The notes below the pieces were generated by a model that did no database searches, was not told the DNA's origin, and saw only the letters and a program-made list of their open reading frames with translations. Made by a program: the position numbers and the translations under genes. A stretch of DNA of 64,000 nt from Leucoraja erinacea (taxonomy: Eukaryota). The stretch covers positions 12,462,001-12,526,000 of the forward strand of contig NC_073390.1 of assembly GCF_028641065.1 (NCBI RefSeq). The letters run 5' to 3'. Each line of letters opens with the position of its first letter. Within the stretch, counting starts at the first letter, position 1. Below are positions 62,728-64,000 of this stretch, in pieces.

Positions 62728-64000
62728 AAAGTTTCTATATTCCCCATTATCCACATCCTGAAGAATCTCAGCAGGAACTTAAACAGAGCAGCACCATAAT
62801 GCAGCAACTGCTGAGGTAAGGCAGAGGCAATGTATTCCGCAATTCCTGGCATCCATGGCCTTTTCCACAATAACAGGTCAGCATTCAATGCCCATCTCTA
62901 ATTGTGGCATTAAGCATGTCTAGCCCCATTATTTCCTCAGTTGTACACAGAATAACATTCTTTGTTCTACTCCCAGCATCAGATGTCCTTCAAGAATACA
63001 AAATAAAATCAGTGTGCCTAAATTTCAAAAAGGGCAGATGCATTTCATTTGATGTTCTTTCTAAGTTTCAGTGCAGAGTCTGCTGAATAATTCATTACAA
63101 TTTCAAATTATGTTTCAGCTTCACCCTTCAATCAGTTTTCTCTCCTGTATTCTAGTGTTTAATCTGCTGCATCAATCACGTGCCTCACAGTAGGCTGTCT
63201 CCTCATGCTTTAATTAGCTCTCCGTCTTTGAAACCAGTGTGGAAGCTGCTTTCATTTAATACTGTCTCATATTCCATTCTCGCATCAAGCTTTAGTCACA
63301 TCTCTGGCCCCATATGCAATTATTTATTTTTTTGGTCTTTATTATTTCTTTGACATTTGCCGGAGCCGTCTTGGGTTAATCGTACAAAGGGGATGATAAT
63401 CCGCCTGGCAGTAATTTCCACATTGTGTCGTTGATGCTTTCACTTGCGCAGAAGTGCTGTCAGATAGCAAACGCAATGACAGTTTGCATTTGCTGCGATG
63501 GGGTTTAACGGGGTGGTCACATTTTAATACCAACGGAGAAACAACACAACAGCAATTTGCATTTTCTGTGACGGGATTAATGCGAGAATTTGAATTTAAA
63601 TGTCAGTGAACGAGAGTGCGGCCATGTGAAAGAAAACAGAGATCGAGAAATCCTCCTGATTTGACCAAGATTTATCTAAACTATAGAACACGATTCCATC
63701 TGAGGGCTAGATGCACAGTGTCAAACTAGAAAATTGTGGCTATGCTGTTGGGTCCTTGACAAGTGCGATATGCAAACATACAAGAAACTTGTATGTGCTC
63801 AGTTCACATCTGGCTCTCAGCTCCTCAAGTTAACTCAAGCATACATAGCCGGCAGATACCATGGGCTGCTCATGCAGAAGAAAGCCTGGACTACTTTGCA
63901 AGGCCATGTTTGGTGAGGGCTCCTGCCTGGCAGGGTCTGAGTCCATGAAATGTGGAGTGTGGATAGGTCTTCATCAGAAACTCCATCTGTCACTGTAGAT

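Overview
Repeat-rich vertebrate genomic DNA. The repeat complement (V-SINE/HE1-like tRNA SINEs, CR1, Rex1/Babar and Penelope LINE-type elements, Deu-domain SINE relics) points to a cartilaginous fish, probably a skate or ray; this is an inference. The only host coding sequence I recognise is the first coding exon of NYAP2 (34574-34776, + strand). It is preceded by a ~4.7 kb transposon-free block with a candidate promoter, an RE1/REST-like site and tandem E-boxes. The rest of the window is upstream region and a long intron. Most notable is a Penelope-like (RT + GIY-YIG) retroelement whose 3' terminus carries a minimal hammerhead-ribozyme motif. More than ten small non-coding derivatives of that terminus (about 130-600 bp) are scattered across the window, many as fold-back palindromes, several with 9-15 bp target-site duplications. 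Also present: a 1.7 kb fold-back element with ~490 bp arms, a solo LTR, hAT-like and P-like MITEs, Helitron-like elements and a perfect 25-bp hairpin. All family assignments are by motif recognition from memory, with no database searches, and repeat boundaries are approximate unless a TSD is given.
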